Positions 1-13,147 of a DNA stretch of 64,000 nucleotides are shown piece by piece; positions within the stretch are counted from its first letter, which is position 1; each line of letters opens with the position of its first letter. A model generated the notes under the pieces. It did not search any database. It had not been told where the DNA came from and saw only the letters and a list, made by a program, of their open reading frames with translations. The position numbers and the translations under genes were made by a program. The DNA is from Macrostomum hystrix (lineage: Eukaryota; Animalia; Platyhelminthes): the NCBI GenBank assembly GCA_950097015.1, contig CATNEN010000038.1, positions 5,518,001 through 5,582,000 of the forward strand. The letters run 5' to 3'.

Positions 1-3000
1 GTCCATTGTGTACCGAAGCCCGCTGGTCACTCGCTACGCCAGCCCGGAGATGGCTGGCAATTTCGGTGACAGGAAAAAGTTCACCACCTGGCGCAGGCTG
101 TGGCTGTGGTTAGCCGAATCGCAGCAGCAGCTTGGCCTGGCCATCAGTGACCGGCAGCTAGCTGAGATGCGAGCCAATCTGGACCGGCTGGACCTTCGCC
201 TGGCTGCCGAAGAGGAGCGCAAGCGGAAACACGATGTCATGGCTCACGTGCACGCCTTTGCCGCCCAGTGCCCGGCCGCTGCTTCCGTCATCCACTTGGG
301 TGCGACTTCTGCCTACGTTGGCGACAATACCGACCTGATTTGCCTGCGCGACGCCTTGGACATTTTGCTGCCCAGGTGCGACTTTTGAATTAATAAAATG
401 CTTGAAAAAAAAACAGTTAGATTCATCCAAAGTCTATCCGTAAAGCATTACACACGGGCAGAGAAACATGCTACCTATCTTGGAGTATCTTCAACGCATT
501 CAGAGGCTGCGTTCAGTACATGGACCAACTAGCTTCTAATCAAACTGGTTGCCACAATGTACAGCTGGGATATACTGGCAGGGACACAGCTCAGCTTGTG
601 TCTATACAGCTCAAGGACACATCTTTTGCCAAAATTAAGAATCGAACTCGTGGCCTCTCTCGGTCAGTAATGCGTCGAAAGCTAAAAAACTAGGTCACAA
701 GCACCCAGTATTTAGCCAAAAAATCGCTGATCATCTTTCACTTTGAGTTGTTTCATACGCTTCTCAAGTGTCACAAACTAAGAAGTCTTTGTAGTATTGT
801 CTTGGTTTGAAACGACTTTCGAACGCTACGGTCCTTTTTACCAAGTTTGAATTGAGCTGCTCACTAAAGTACACCGCTCACGGCTACTCCGCAGGTTGGC
901 TGCAGCTGCCTCGGCTCTGGCCAAGTTCGCCAGGCAGTACCGCGATGTGGCCTGCCTCGGCTACACCCACCTGCAGCCGGCCCAGCTGACCACGGTGGGC
1001 AAACGCGCCTGCCTCTGGCTGGCGGATCTCCTGACCGACCTGCGCAATCTGGCGCGCTGTCGCTCGGATCTGCGCTTCCGCGGCGTCAAAGGTACCACGG
1101 GCACTCAAGCCAGCTTTCTGCAGCTGTTCGACGGTAATCACGACCTGGTGGAGCAGCTGGACCAGCTGGTCACGGACAAGGCTGGCTTCCCCTCGGCCTA
1201 CATCGTCACCGGCCAGACCTACAGCCGCAAAGTGGACTCGGAGGTCCTGCTGCAACTGGCCGGCTTCGGCGCCACCGCCCACAAAATTGCTACCGATCTG
1301 CGTCTTCTGGCCTCCTGGAAGGAGATCGAGGAGCCGTTCGAGCGCGACCAGATTGGCTCCTCCGCCATGCCCTACAAGCGGAACCCCATGCGGCTGGAGC
1401 GAGTCTGCGGCCTCGCCCGTCACATCATGATACTGGCTCAGGTGAGCTGACTGCCCGCTGTGGGTGGGCATTGCACCTGGCTATCCTGTCTCCTACCTGT
1501 CTGCCTCCTGCCTGTCTGCCATCTACCTGTCTGTCTCCTACCTGTCTGTCTCCTACCTGTCTGTCTCCTACCTGTCTGTCTCCTACCTGTCTGTCTCCTA
1601 CCTGTCTGTCTCCTACCTGTCTGTCTCCTACCTGTCTGACTCCTACCTGTCTGTCTCCTACCTGTCTGACTCTAGCTGTCTGTCTTCATAGAGTCGGACA
1701 ACTTTAATTCTTCTTACTTTTTTATAATCGTTTTATTCCCTGATAAAACGGAATATAGCAACAGTTTTTAACCCGGCCCATCCCGCCAGGACGCCCTGAT
1801 GACCCACTCGGTGCAGTGGATGGAGCGCTCTCTAGACGACTCCAGCAATCGGCGGCTGAGCATCCCGGAGGCGTTCCTAGCCGCCGACATTGTCTGCAGC
1901 ATTCTGGGCACCGTATTCGACGGCCTAGTAGTGTATCCAATGGTCATTCAGAGGCGCGTTAATAGCGAACTGCCATTCATGGCCACAGAGAACATTTTGG
2001 CCGCCATGGTCAAAGCTGGCGGCAATCGTCAGGTGATTGTATTAGTAATTTATTCAAGGCCTGGTTTTTTAAGTTAGAAATTTATACTGATATAGGACTA
2101 GGCTCTGTACGATAGGGTCCACATTGTGTAGCATTATGAGTCGTAGATAAAGTTGTAGCGGGATCCATAAACAGGAATCGCAGCAGGAGTCGCAGGTAGA
2201 ATCAAAGCGGGATCCATAATCCGGAAACGCAGCAGGAGTCGTAAATAGAATCGTAGCAGGATGCATAACAGGAATCGTAGCAGGATCAATTACTGGAATC
2301 GTAGCAGGATCCATTACTGTAATCGTAGCAGGATCCATTACTGTAATCGTAGCAGGATCCATTACTGTAATCGTAGCAGGATCCATTACTGTAATCGTAG
2401 CTAGATTCTAAGGTAAAATCGTAATGGGATCCATAGACAGGAATCGTAGCAGGATCCATAACAGGAATCATAGCAGGATCCTTAACAGGAATCGTAGAAG
2501 GATCCATAAACTGGAATCGCAGCTATAGTCTAAGGTAGAATCGTACCAGGATCCAAAAACAGGAATAGTAGCAGGATCCATTACTGGAATCGTAGCAGGA
2601 TCCATTACTGGAATCGCAGCTAGAGTCTATGGTAGAATCGTAGCGGGATCCATAGCAGGAATCGTAGAAGGATCCATTACTGGAATCGTAGCTAGAGTCT
2701 ATAGTAGAATCGTAGCGGGATCGATAACATGAATCGTAGCATGATCCATTACTGGAATCGTAGCAGGATCCATTACTGGAATCGTAGCAGGATCCATTAC
2801 TGGAATCGTAGCAGGATCCATTACTGGAATCGTAGCAGGATCCATTACTGTAATCGTAGCTAGATTCTAAGGTAAAATCGTAATGGGATCCATAGACAGG
2901 AATCGTAGCAGGATCCATAACAGGAATCATAGCAGGATCCTTAACAGGAATCGTAGAAGGATCCATAAACTGGAATCGCAGCTATAGTCTAAGGTAGAAT

Positions 3001-4007
3001 CGTACCAGGATCCAAAAACAGGAATCGTAGCAGGATCCATTACTGGAATCGTAGCAGGATCCATTACTGGAATCGCAGCTAGAGTCTATGGTAGAATCGT
3101 AGCGGGATCCATAGCAGGAATCGTAGAAGGATCCATTACTGGAATCGTAGCTAGAGTCTATAGTAGAATCGTAGCGGGATCGATAACATGAATCGTAGCA
3201 TGATCCATTACTGGAATCGTAGCAGGATCCATTACTGGAATCGTAGCAGGATCCATTACTGGAATCGTAGCAGGATCCATTACTGGAATCGTAGCAGGAT
3301 CCATTACTGGAATCGTAGCAGGATCCATTACTGGAATCGTAGCTAGAGTCTAAGGTAAAATCGTAGCGGGATCGATAACATGAATCGTAGCAGGATCCAT
3401 TACTGGAATCGTAGCAGGATCCATTACTGGAATCGTAGCAGGATCCATTACTGGAATCGTAGCAGGATCCATTACTGTAATCGTAGCTAGAGTCTAAGGT
3501 AAAATCGTAGCGGGATCCATAGACAAGAATCGTAGAAAGATCCATTACTGAAATCTTAGCTAGAGTCTAAGGTAAAATCGTAGCGAGATCCATAATCAGG
3601 AATCGTAGAAATCTGCATGATTATTCTATTCAGCGTGGTTCGTTGAATCGTAGTTCTGCATTCTGTAGTTCAATACTCAAACCCAGCCAGTCCAGAAGAG
3701 TCAGTTCAAATGTCGCAGTTCATTTGCCTCCGTTCAGGAATGCCACGAGGTAATTCGCCAGCTTAGCCAACAGGCGGCCGCCCAGGTGAAAGAGCGCGGC
3801 CTGGACAATGACCTGATTGAGCGGATCCGATCGGCTGATTATTTCGCTCCGATTCGAGACCAGCTCGGCCAGCTGCTGGATCCGGCCACCTTCGTGGGCC
3901 GGGCGCCTCAGCAGGTTGACCGCTTCCTGGTCGAGGAGGTGGCGCCGGCCCTGGCTCCGTTCGCCGCTGCCCTCGACCGGCTGACGGTTGTTGAGCAGCG
4001 GGTTTGA
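1..4007 (+). CDS. ADSL: Adenylosuccinate lyase; start lies upstream of window. Exons <1-375, 895-1441, 1790-2032, 3738-4007
   Basis: Motifs [55 protein letters not shown] and the fumarate-lyase signature [14 protein letters not shown] introns join the exons in frame; TGA at 4005-4007. Confidence 0.97.
1485..1675 (+). repeat. 15-bp minisatellite (TCCTACCTGTCTGTC)n in ADSL intron
   Basis: About 12 direct tandem copies visible. Confidence 0.9.
2140..3610 (+). repeat. 24-bp minisatellite (GAATCGTAGCAGGATCCATTACTG)n with a 459-bp higher-order duplication, ADSL intron
   Basis: Tandem units with variants; the block starting ~2401 recurs at ~2860. Confidence 0.9.
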
Positions 4008-4289
4008 GTTCGGACTCAAGCTGGCACGTGCCGAATCTCTTCTATATGCAGTTGCATCGAGTCGAAGGCGAAGCACTAAATTTATGGCCCTGACGTCATC
4101 ATTTGAACCGGTTTAAATCAGCGCCAACTCCGTTTAATATTTCGATCTTTTCGATTGCCGCTGCAGTTTATTTCGTTATTAAAATATAGCGAATTCTTAG
4201 CTTTAGAAAATTCACATTAAGTACAATTTTTGTGTCTTTTTAGCATTTTGTCATTTCTCATTCAATCGGTAACCGGTAATCACAACTAG

Positions 4290-5260
4290 AATCGTAGCAA
4301 AATCATAAACAGGAATCGCACCTAGAATCGTAGCAGGGTCCAGAACAGTAATCGCATCTAGAATCGTAGCAGGGTCCAGAACAGTAATCGCACCTAGAAT
4401 CGTAGCAGGGTCCAGAACAGTAATCGCACCTAGAATCGTAGCGGGGTCCAGAACAGTAATCGCACCTAGAATCGTAGCGGGGTCCAGAACAGTAATCGCA
4501 CCTAGAATCGTAGCGGGGTCCAGAACAGTAATCGCACCTAGAATCGTAGCGGGGTCCAGAACAGTAATCGCATCTAGAATCGTAGCAGGGTCCAGAACAG
4601 TAATCGCACCTAGAATCGTAGCGGGGTCCAGAACAGTAATCGCACCTAGAATCGTAGCGGTGTCCAGAACAGTAATCGCATCTAGAATCGTAGCGGGGTC
4701 CAGAACAGCAATCGCATCTAGAATCGTAGCAGGGTCCAGAACAGTAATCGCATCTTGAATCGTAGCAGGGTCCAGAACAGTAATCGCACCTAGAATCGTA
4801 GCGGGGTCCAGAACAGTAATCGCACCTAGAATCGTAGCAGGGTCCAGAACAGTAATCGCACCTAGAATCGTAGCGGGGTCCAGAACAGTAATCGCACCTA
4901 GAATCGTAGCAGGGTCCAGAACAGTAATCGCACCTAGAATCGTAGCAGGGTCCAGAACAGTAATCGCACCTAGAATCGTAGCGGGGTCCAGAACAGTAAT
5001 CGCACCTAGAATCGTAGCAGGGTCCAGAACAGTAATCGCACCTAGAATCGTAGCGGGGTCCAGAACAGTAATCGCACCTAGAAGCTCGTAGCGGGGTCCA
5101 GAGCAGTAATCGCACCTAGAATCGTAGCGGGGTCCAGAGCAGTAATCGCACCTAGAATCGTAGCGGGGTCCAGAACAGTAATCGCACCTAGAATCGTAGC
5201 TGGGTCCAGAACGGTAATCGCATCTAGAATCGTAGCAGGGTCCAGAACAGTAATCGCAGC
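4290..5260 (+). repeat. 36-bp minisatellite (CTAGAATCGTAGCRGGGTCCAGAACAGTAATCGCAC)n between ADSL and LCMT2
   Basis: About 26 tandem copies; explains the spurious antisense RYDSRCDYCSGP ORF. Confidence 0.93.
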
Positions 5261-5507
5261 AGGAGAGCGCTAGAATCTGCTATCAGGCTTGTCAATAATG
5301 GTTGTGCCTCGAAGGCATTTCAGCATTGCGTGTGTGAGTGTGTGTTTTTTATTTATGTTAAGTCGATGAGTTGTGCCACGAATTCTATCGTTCGTCAGTT
5401 AACATAAAAATGCTAAAAAATTTCAGCCCTGTGATTTCTGCAGTGAATGTCGCCGAACAAATATCGTATTGATTTTTGCCGTCCAGCCCCTTTAAAAACT
5501 GATTGAA

Positions 5508-8500
5508 ATGTCTGAGAAGCAAGTCCAAGGCACCAACGACAGTAGCATTGTGAGCAAGGCGTCCGCTGTTGAGCGCGGCTACTTTGACGACACCTTCGTC
5601 CAGCTGATGGTGCGCAAGAGAGCCCGACGGGCGCCGCTTATCAACCAGTGAGAGTTATCATGCTGACAGTGGGCGCGGCAGGAACAGCTACAGGCTGTGC
5701 TACAGTGGTGTCAAACAGAGACAGTTCAGTATCAGTGATCGACAGAGACAGTCCAGTAATCAGTGATCGACAGAGACATTCCAGTAATCAGTGATCGATA
5801 GAGACAGTTCAGCAATCAGTGATCGATAGAGACATTTCAGTAATCAGTGATCGACAGAGACAGTTCAGTAATCAGTGATCGATAGAGACAGTTCAGTAAT
5901 CAGTGATCAATAGAGACAGTTCAGTAATCAGTGATCGATAGAGACATTTCAGTAATCAGTGATCGACAGAGACAGTTCAGTAATCAGTGATCGATAGAGA
6001 CAGTTATGTAATCAGTGATCGACAGAGACAGTCCAGTAATCAGTGATCGATAGAGACAGTTATGTAATCAGTTATCGATAGAGACAGTTCAGTAATCAGT
6101 GATCGATAGCGACAGTTATGTAATTAGTGATATATATAGACAGTTCAGTAATCAGTGATATATATAGGTAGTTCAGTAATCAGTGATCGACAGTGACAGT
6201 TCAGGAATCAGTGATCGACAGTGACAGTTCAGTAATCAGTGATCGATAGCGACAGTTATGTAATCGGTGATATATATACAGTTCAGTAATCAGTGATCGA
6301 CAGAGACAGTTCAGTAATCAGTGATCGACAGAGACATTCAGTAATCAGTGATCGATAGAGACAGTTCAGTAATAAGTGAGTTGACCTGGATCTGCACCTG
6401 CCCACACACAGCGGCTACTACATCCGGATGATGGCAATGGACCAGGCTCTGCGGAGTTTTATAAAAGCCACTGCTGGGGATGATTGCACCCGTTATGTGA
6501 GACTGACTTTCATTGCGGACTTCAAGCACGTAGAGTCCTTTAACGCAACTTAACCCTGCTGTCCAACCCACTTCAGGTTGTTTCGCTAGGCGCAGGATTT
6601 GACACCGCCTATTTTCGGCTGAAGTCGCAGGGCCTTCTAAGTGGAGTGTATTATATTGAGGTTCGTGAATTTCGCTATGCTGCAAAATATAATTAGTTCT
6701 GGAAATGCTTTAAACAAGTACTCGTAATTTTGACAAACTGCCAGATTGACTACTACGATGTGGCCAAGAACAAAGCGGCTCTGATTCAGCAGTCCAAGGC
6801 GCTGTCTTCAGTCATTGGCGACTGCGAGCTGCAACTTGGCTCCAACCTTCGTTAGTTTTCTACTCAGAATTGTGACAGCAATTCTACTCAGAATCGAAGT
6901 CAGAGCTGTACTTAGAATCGTAGCCTAAGCTCTACTCAGAATCGTAGCCTAAGCTCTACTCAGAATCGAAGTCAGAGCTGTACTCAGAATCGAAGTCAGA
7001 GCTGTACTCAGAATCGAAGTCAGAGCTGTACTCAGAATCGAAGTCAGAGCTGTACTCAGAATCGAAGCCAGAGCTGTACTCAGATCGAAGTCAGAGCTGT
7101 GCTCAGAATCGAAGCCAGAGCTGTACTCAGATCGAAGTCAGAGCTCTACTCAGAATCGAAGCCAGAGCTGTACTCAGATCGAAGTCAGAGCTGTACTCAG
7201 AATCGAAGTCAGAGCTGTACTCAGAATCGAAGCCAGAGCTGTACTCAGATCGAAGTCAGAGCTGTGCTCAGAATCGAAGCCAGAGCTGTGCTCAGATCGA
7301 AGTCAGAGCTGTACTCAGAATCGAAGCCAGAGCTGTACTCAGATCGAAGTCAGAGCTGTGCTCAGAATCGTAGCCTAAGATGTATTTAGAATCATAGCCT
7401 AAGCTGTACTCAGAATCATAGCTAGAAGCTGTACTCAGAAACGTAGCTAGACTCTCTTTGCCATCAAAGTCTAAGCCAGATTTCCTGTTTTATCAAACAG
7501 TCGTGCGCTCGTCAGACTACTGCTTAGTAGCATCGGATCTCACACACGAGCCAGTGCTCGCCGCTTGCCTCCGAGAACTCGTCCCAAACTGGGATGCTTC
7601 AATGCTCTTCCTATCGGAATGTGTGCTCACCTACGTGGCGCCAAAGCAGTGAGTAGAACTCTAGTTAACTGAACTCACATAGACCGTACTCATTAGTACA
7701 AGCGTGTGTGATTTATTTCACCGAATCCAGCGCCGACCGTCTAATAAGCTGGATCAGCCAGGAATTTCCATGCAGCGTGTTCCTGTTGTACGAACAGATC
7801 AGGCCGCACGACAGTTTCGGTGAGATCATGTGAGTCTCTTAACTTGCTTTGCTTAACTGCTTAGCCGTAAAAACGAATCGTAAAAATCATTGCTTAATTT
7901 TCAGGTGCCAACACTTTAAAAGCCTAGGGTCTCGGTTAAAGTGCATCGAAAATTATCCCCAACTGGCTAATCAGATGTCTAGGTTCTCCGTGGTGAGTGT
8001 CTTGATTGTTGACCGGGATTAAGCGTTAATATCCATAACGATCTCAGGTATATATAACTCCTATACTCCTATGCTCCTGTACATAAGTCTCACAATAATC
8101 ATAAAAACATTTCATAATGATCCTATGTACATTTCATGATGATCCTATGTACATTTCATAATGATCCTATGTACATTTCATGATGATCCTATGTACATTT
8201 CATGATGATCCTATGTACATTTCATGATGATCCTATGTACATTTCATGATGATCCTATGTACATTTCATGATGATCCTATGTACATTTCATGATGATCCT
8301 ATGTACATTTCATGATGATCCTATGTACATTTCATGATGATCCTATGTACATTTCATAATGATCCTATGTACATTTCATAATGATCCTATGTACATTTCA
8401 TGATGATCCTATGTACATTTCATAATGATCCTATGTACATTTCATAATGATCCTATGTACATTTCATGATGATCCTATGTACATTTCATAATGATCCTAT

Positions 8501-11500
8501 GTACATTTCATAATGATCCTATGTACATTTCATAATGATCCTATGTACATTTCATAATGATCCTATGTACATTTCATAATGATCCTATGTACATTTCATA
8601 ATGATCCTATGTACATTTCATGATGATCCTATGTACATTTCATAATGATCCTATGTACATTTCATAATGATCCTATGTACATTTCATGATGATCCTATGT
8701 ACATTTCATGATGATCCTATGTACATTTCATGATGATCCTATGTACATTTCATGATGATCCTATGTACATTTCATGATGATCCTATGTACATTTCATGAT
8801 GATCCTATGTACATTTCATGATGATCCTATGTACATTTCATGATGATCCTATGTACATTTCATAATGATCCTATGTACATTTCATAATGATCCTATGTAC
8901 ATTTCATAATGATCCTATGTACATTTCATGATGATCCTATGTACATTTCATGATGATCCTATGTACATTTCATGATGATCCTATGTACATTTCATGATGA
9001 TCCTATGTACATTTCATGATGATCCTATGTACATTTCATGATGATCCTATGTACATTTCATAATGATCCTATGTACATTTCATAATGATCCTATGTACAT
9101 TTCATGATGATCCTATGTACATTTCATGATGATCCTATGTACATTTCATAATGATCCTATGTACATTTCATAATGATCCTATGTACATTTCATGATGATC
9201 CTATGTACATTTCATAATGATCCTATGTACATTTCATAATGATCCTATGTACATTTCATGATGATCCTATGTACATTTCATAATGATCCTATGTACATTT
9301 CATAATGATCCTATGTACATTTCATAATGATCCTATGTACATTTCATAATGATCCTATGTACATTTCATGATGATCCTATGTACATTTCATGATGATCCT
9401 ATGTACATTTCATGATGATCCTATGTACATTTCATGATGATCCTATGTACATTTCATGATGATCCTATGTACATTTCATGATGATCCTATGTACATTTCA
9501 TGATGATCCTATGTACATATTCATGCTGATCCTATGTACATGGTTTGTTCTATATTTAGAAGTCCCATGACTATGAAACCCGCAGGGCTGGCAGCAGGTG
9601 GAGGCCATGGACATGAACGCATTCTACCAGTCGCTGGAGCCCTCCGAGCGTCATCGCGTCGAGCACCTGGAGGTGTTTGACGAATTCGAAGAATGGTGGA
9701 CCAAGTGCCAGCACTATTTTGTTCTGGCCGCAAAGAGCGCGGCATTCTGCCTCAGATACCGCAGCGCCAAGGAGTTCTTTCAAGCCAGCAAGAGCGACCA
9801 GCCCGCATGCTGGCGAATGCAGCTCGGCCTCGCCCAGCAACCGGTTAGCAACCTGACCAGGATTCCCGCCCGGCCCCTGCCCAGTGGCTGCTCGGACCAG
9901 TTCAGACTGCACTGGGCCGCCCTGTGTCCGATTGAGCTGCAGCAGCAGCAGCAGCAGCTTCTCATGCGACTTGGCGGCTACGGGGTTGACCCACTGGGTC
10001 CGGCAGGTCATCGCCGAGTCACCTGCGTCAGCCTCATTGAGCCCTACCGTCTGGCCAGTCAGCAGCCTGCTTGCTGCCAGCACCTGCTCCCCGAGCAGCC
10101 GTGCCCAAAAGACTGGCTGGAGCATCTGCTGGGGCCCGTTGTCTACCAGGTAGGAAATTTGTTTTTAGAAAAGCAGTAATCGTAGCTCTATCAGAAATTT
10201 AAATAGAATAGCAGCAGGAACCGGTTATTAGAATCGCAGCAAACCCGGTTATTAGAATCGCAGCAGGAACCGGTGGCTAGAATCGAAGCAAAACCAGTTA
10301 TTAGAATCGCAGCAAAACCAGTTATTAGAATCGCAGCAAAAAACCAGTTATTAGAATCGCAGCAGAAACCGGTTGCTAGAATCGCAGCAGGAACTGGTTA
10401 TTAGAATCGCAGCAGGAACCGGTTGCTAGAATCCCAGCAGAAACCGGTTGCTAAAATCGCAGCAGGAACCGGTTATTAGAATCGCAGCAGGTACCGGTGG
10501 CTAGAATCGCAGCAGGAACCGGTTGCCAGGTGCATGGCATTGAGCTGGCCCGCTGGCATCTGATTGGCCAATCTAATTTGTTCCCCCCGCTGTCCAGGTG
10601 GGTCCAGCCGAGTTGCTGTTGTTCGGCGGCAAGGCCAGTCCGTTGCGACCCTCGGCCCGCCTGCTGCGAGTGCACGTCGCCGCCTCCGCTGCCCCCGACG
10701 CTCCGCCCAGACTGAGCCTGACTGAAGTGGCCCAGCGATCGGCCGGCTGTGGCGAGACTCCGTGTGCTCGTTGGCGCCACGCCGGCTGCTCAGTGCCGCT
10801 CGATCATCAGCGCCGCGCTCTTGTACTCTACGGGGGTCGAACCTCGGACCGACTTTGCCTAAACGACGCGTACCTGGCCGTGTGGCGGCCGGAGGAACCG
10901 CACGAAGTCGCGTGGGAGGCCCTCCCCGTTGATCCGGGGCCGCGCTGCTCGCACGCCATGTGCGGCCACCCCAGCCAGGCCGTGGCCTTCCTCAGCGGCG
11001 GCCTGAGCCTCGACTCCTACGGCACTGACAACGGTGGCTCCGGTGGCTGTCTCCGTCCGATATGGGATCTCTGGCAGCTGGACGCTGGCGTCAGGCAGTG
11101 GACGAGGCTGGAGATGTCCGCCAGGCTGGTGGGACCCGCTGGACTGTCCGCCACTCGCTTCGGCCACAGCATGCACTGCCTGGCCGCTGCTAGCGACTGC
11201 GCCACTGGAGACGGTGAGCGATCAATGAGACCTTGATCCCTGCATCCCAATTCCTTCATCAACAACTGTCACACCCCTGCATCTCAATCCCTTCATCAGC
11301 AACTGTCACACCCCTGCATCTCAATCCCTTCATCAGCAACTGTCACACCCCTGCATCTCAATCCCTTCATTAGCAACTGTCACACCCCTGCATCTCAATC
11401 CCTTCATTAGCAACTGTCACACCCCTGCATCTCAATCCCTTCATCAGCAACTGTCACACCCCTGCATCTCAATCCCTTCATCAACAACTGGCAACTTGCC

Positions 11501-12139
11501 AGGTCCCTGCATCCCGATGCCTTCATCAACAACTGGCAACTGTCAACAATTGCCAGATCCCTGCATCCCAATCCCTTCATCAACAACTGGCAACTGTCAA
11601 CAATTGCCAGATCCCTGCATCTCAATCCCTTCATCAACAACTGGCAACTGTCAACAATTGCCAGATCCCTGCATCTCAATCCCTTTCCTTTGACTTTTCT
11701 TCCATCGCATTGTTTGCTTTTTTCCCCAGGCGACTCCGCTATGGCACCCACAGCTGACTGGCTTATCTGCTTCGGGGGCGCCGTTGCAGTCGACGAGTCG
11801 GCTGACACCACCCACGCCCTGACCGAGCCGGCCAGCCTCTGTCTCATCCGCCTGGCGCCGACCGGCTTCACGGCCCAGTTCGTCAACCTGGCCGTTGATT
11901 TCGGCTCCGATTTCGGCCCTACCAAAGCGCCCTTCCTGACTTTCAACTCTGCCACGGCGCTGCTGCTGACGCGACCTTCGCCAACCTCAGCTGGCAGAGC
12001 CTCTGAAGAAGACCGGCCACCCCTGCTGGTTATTGTGGGTGGCGGCGGTGGCTGCTTCAGCTTCGGTACACATCTGAATGCCAGCGCAGCCTGCCTTCAT
12101 CTGGCAGATCTATTCCTGCCTGTTGCGGGCCTGTTTTAG
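5508..12139 (+). CDS. LCMT2: tRNA wybutosine-synthesizing protein 4 / leucine carboxyl methyltransferase 2. Exons 5508-5647, 6412-6496, 6577-6660, 6745-6850, 7501-7648, 7731-7829, 7905-7992, 9586-10149, 10598-11213, 11730-12139
   Basis: N-terminus VQGTNDSSIVSK...GYF...RRAPLINHGYYIR; SAM motif VVSLGAGFDT; ECVLTY; YEQI.PHDSFG; LEVFDEFEEW..KCQHY. Kelch-like C-terminal part (FGGKASP, RWRH, YGGR, RFGHSM) ends GGGGCFSFGTHLN. Splice phases are consistent. Confidence 0.93.
5715..6375 (+). repeat. 28-bp minisatellite (CAGTAATCAGTGATCGATAGAGACAGTT)n, LCMT2 intron 1
   Basis: About 23 tandem copies with variants. Confidence 0.9.
6860..7450 (+). repeat. 23-24-bp minisatellite (GAATCGAAGTCAGAGCTGTACTCA)n, LCMT2 intron 4
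   Basis: Tandem copies visible. Confidence 0.9.
8107..9541 (+). repeat. 22-bp minisatellite (ATGATCCTATGTACATTTCATR)n, LCMT2 intron 7
   Basis: About 65 near-perfect copies differing at one G/A position. Confidence 0.95.
10205..10530 (+). repeat. ~25-bp minisatellite (GAATCGCAGCAGGAACCGGTTATTA)n, LCMT2 intron 8
   Basis: Degenerate tandem copies. Confidence 0.85.
11235..11685 (+). repeat. 37-bp then 54-bp minisatellite (CCCTGCATCTCAATCCCTTCATCARCAACT...), LCMT2 intron 9
   Basis: Tandem copies; the unit lengthens distally. Confidence 0.88.
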
Positions 12140-12234
12140 TGTGCCACAATCACGCAATTCTGCCTTCATCTCGGCTCTGCATTTGGCGCTGACCTGTACT
12201 GGTTGCATTATCTGTGCCAGCTCAGCAGCACCTC

Positions 12235-12822
12235 TCAGGCTGCTTCTGAGCCTCCGTTCCTTCAGGCCGCTTCTGACCCTCCGTTCCTTCAGGCCGCTTC
12301 TGACCCTCCTTTCCTTCAGGCCGCTTCTGAGCCTCCGTTCCTTCAGGCCGCTTCTGACCCTCCTTTCCTTCAGGCCGCTTCTGACCCTCCTTTCCTTCAG
12401 GCCGCTTCTGAGCCTCCGTTCCTTCAGGCCGCTTCTGACCCTCCTTTCCTTCAGGCCGCTTCTGACCCTCCTTTCCTTCAGGCCGCTTCTGACCCTCCTT
12501 TCCTTCAGGCCGCTTCTGACCCTCCTTTCCTTCAGGCCGCTTCTGAGCCTCCTTTCCTTCAGGCCGCTTCTGAGCCTCCGTTCCTTCAGGCCGCTTCTGA
12601 GCCTCCTTTCCTTCAGGCCGCTTCTGACCCTCCTTTCCTTCAGGCCGCTTCTGAGCCTCCGTTCCTTCAGGCCGCTTCTGACCCTCCTTTCCTTCAGGCC
12701 GCTTCTGACCCTCCTTTCCTTCAGGCCGCTTCTGACCCTCCTTTCCTTCAGGCCGCTTCTGACCCTCCTTTCCTTCAGGCCGCTTCTGACCCTCCTTTCC
12801 TTCAGGCCGCTTCTGACCCTCT
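12235..12822 (+). repeat. 27-bp minisatellite (TTCAGGCCGCTTCTGASCCTCCKTTCC)n downstream of LCMT2 stop
   Basis: About 22 tandem copies. Confidence 0.93.
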
Positions 12823-13147
12823 GTTAAATTTTCTGTTCAATTAGCTCTCAATTTAGTGGCCCCTATATCAGGTTAATGGCTCTTATCTTAACCAGCTGGT
12901 GTTTTGCGGTTCCGGTTTTTTTAATAAATGTTTTTTCTGTCCCTACGAAATTTTGGCATGTATAACATAATTACTAACTGAAATATCGTGCATTAGTTAT
13001 TGAAGTATCCAAGACAAAGGTTTAAAGAAATATATATAACGCGAAAGTATAGCCAAATAGCTTAGTCATATTCTTTATGTTTTAATTTTTAAGGACAAAA
13101 TTTATAGAATGTTAGTTTATATTTGATTATTTCATGCATTTGAATTG

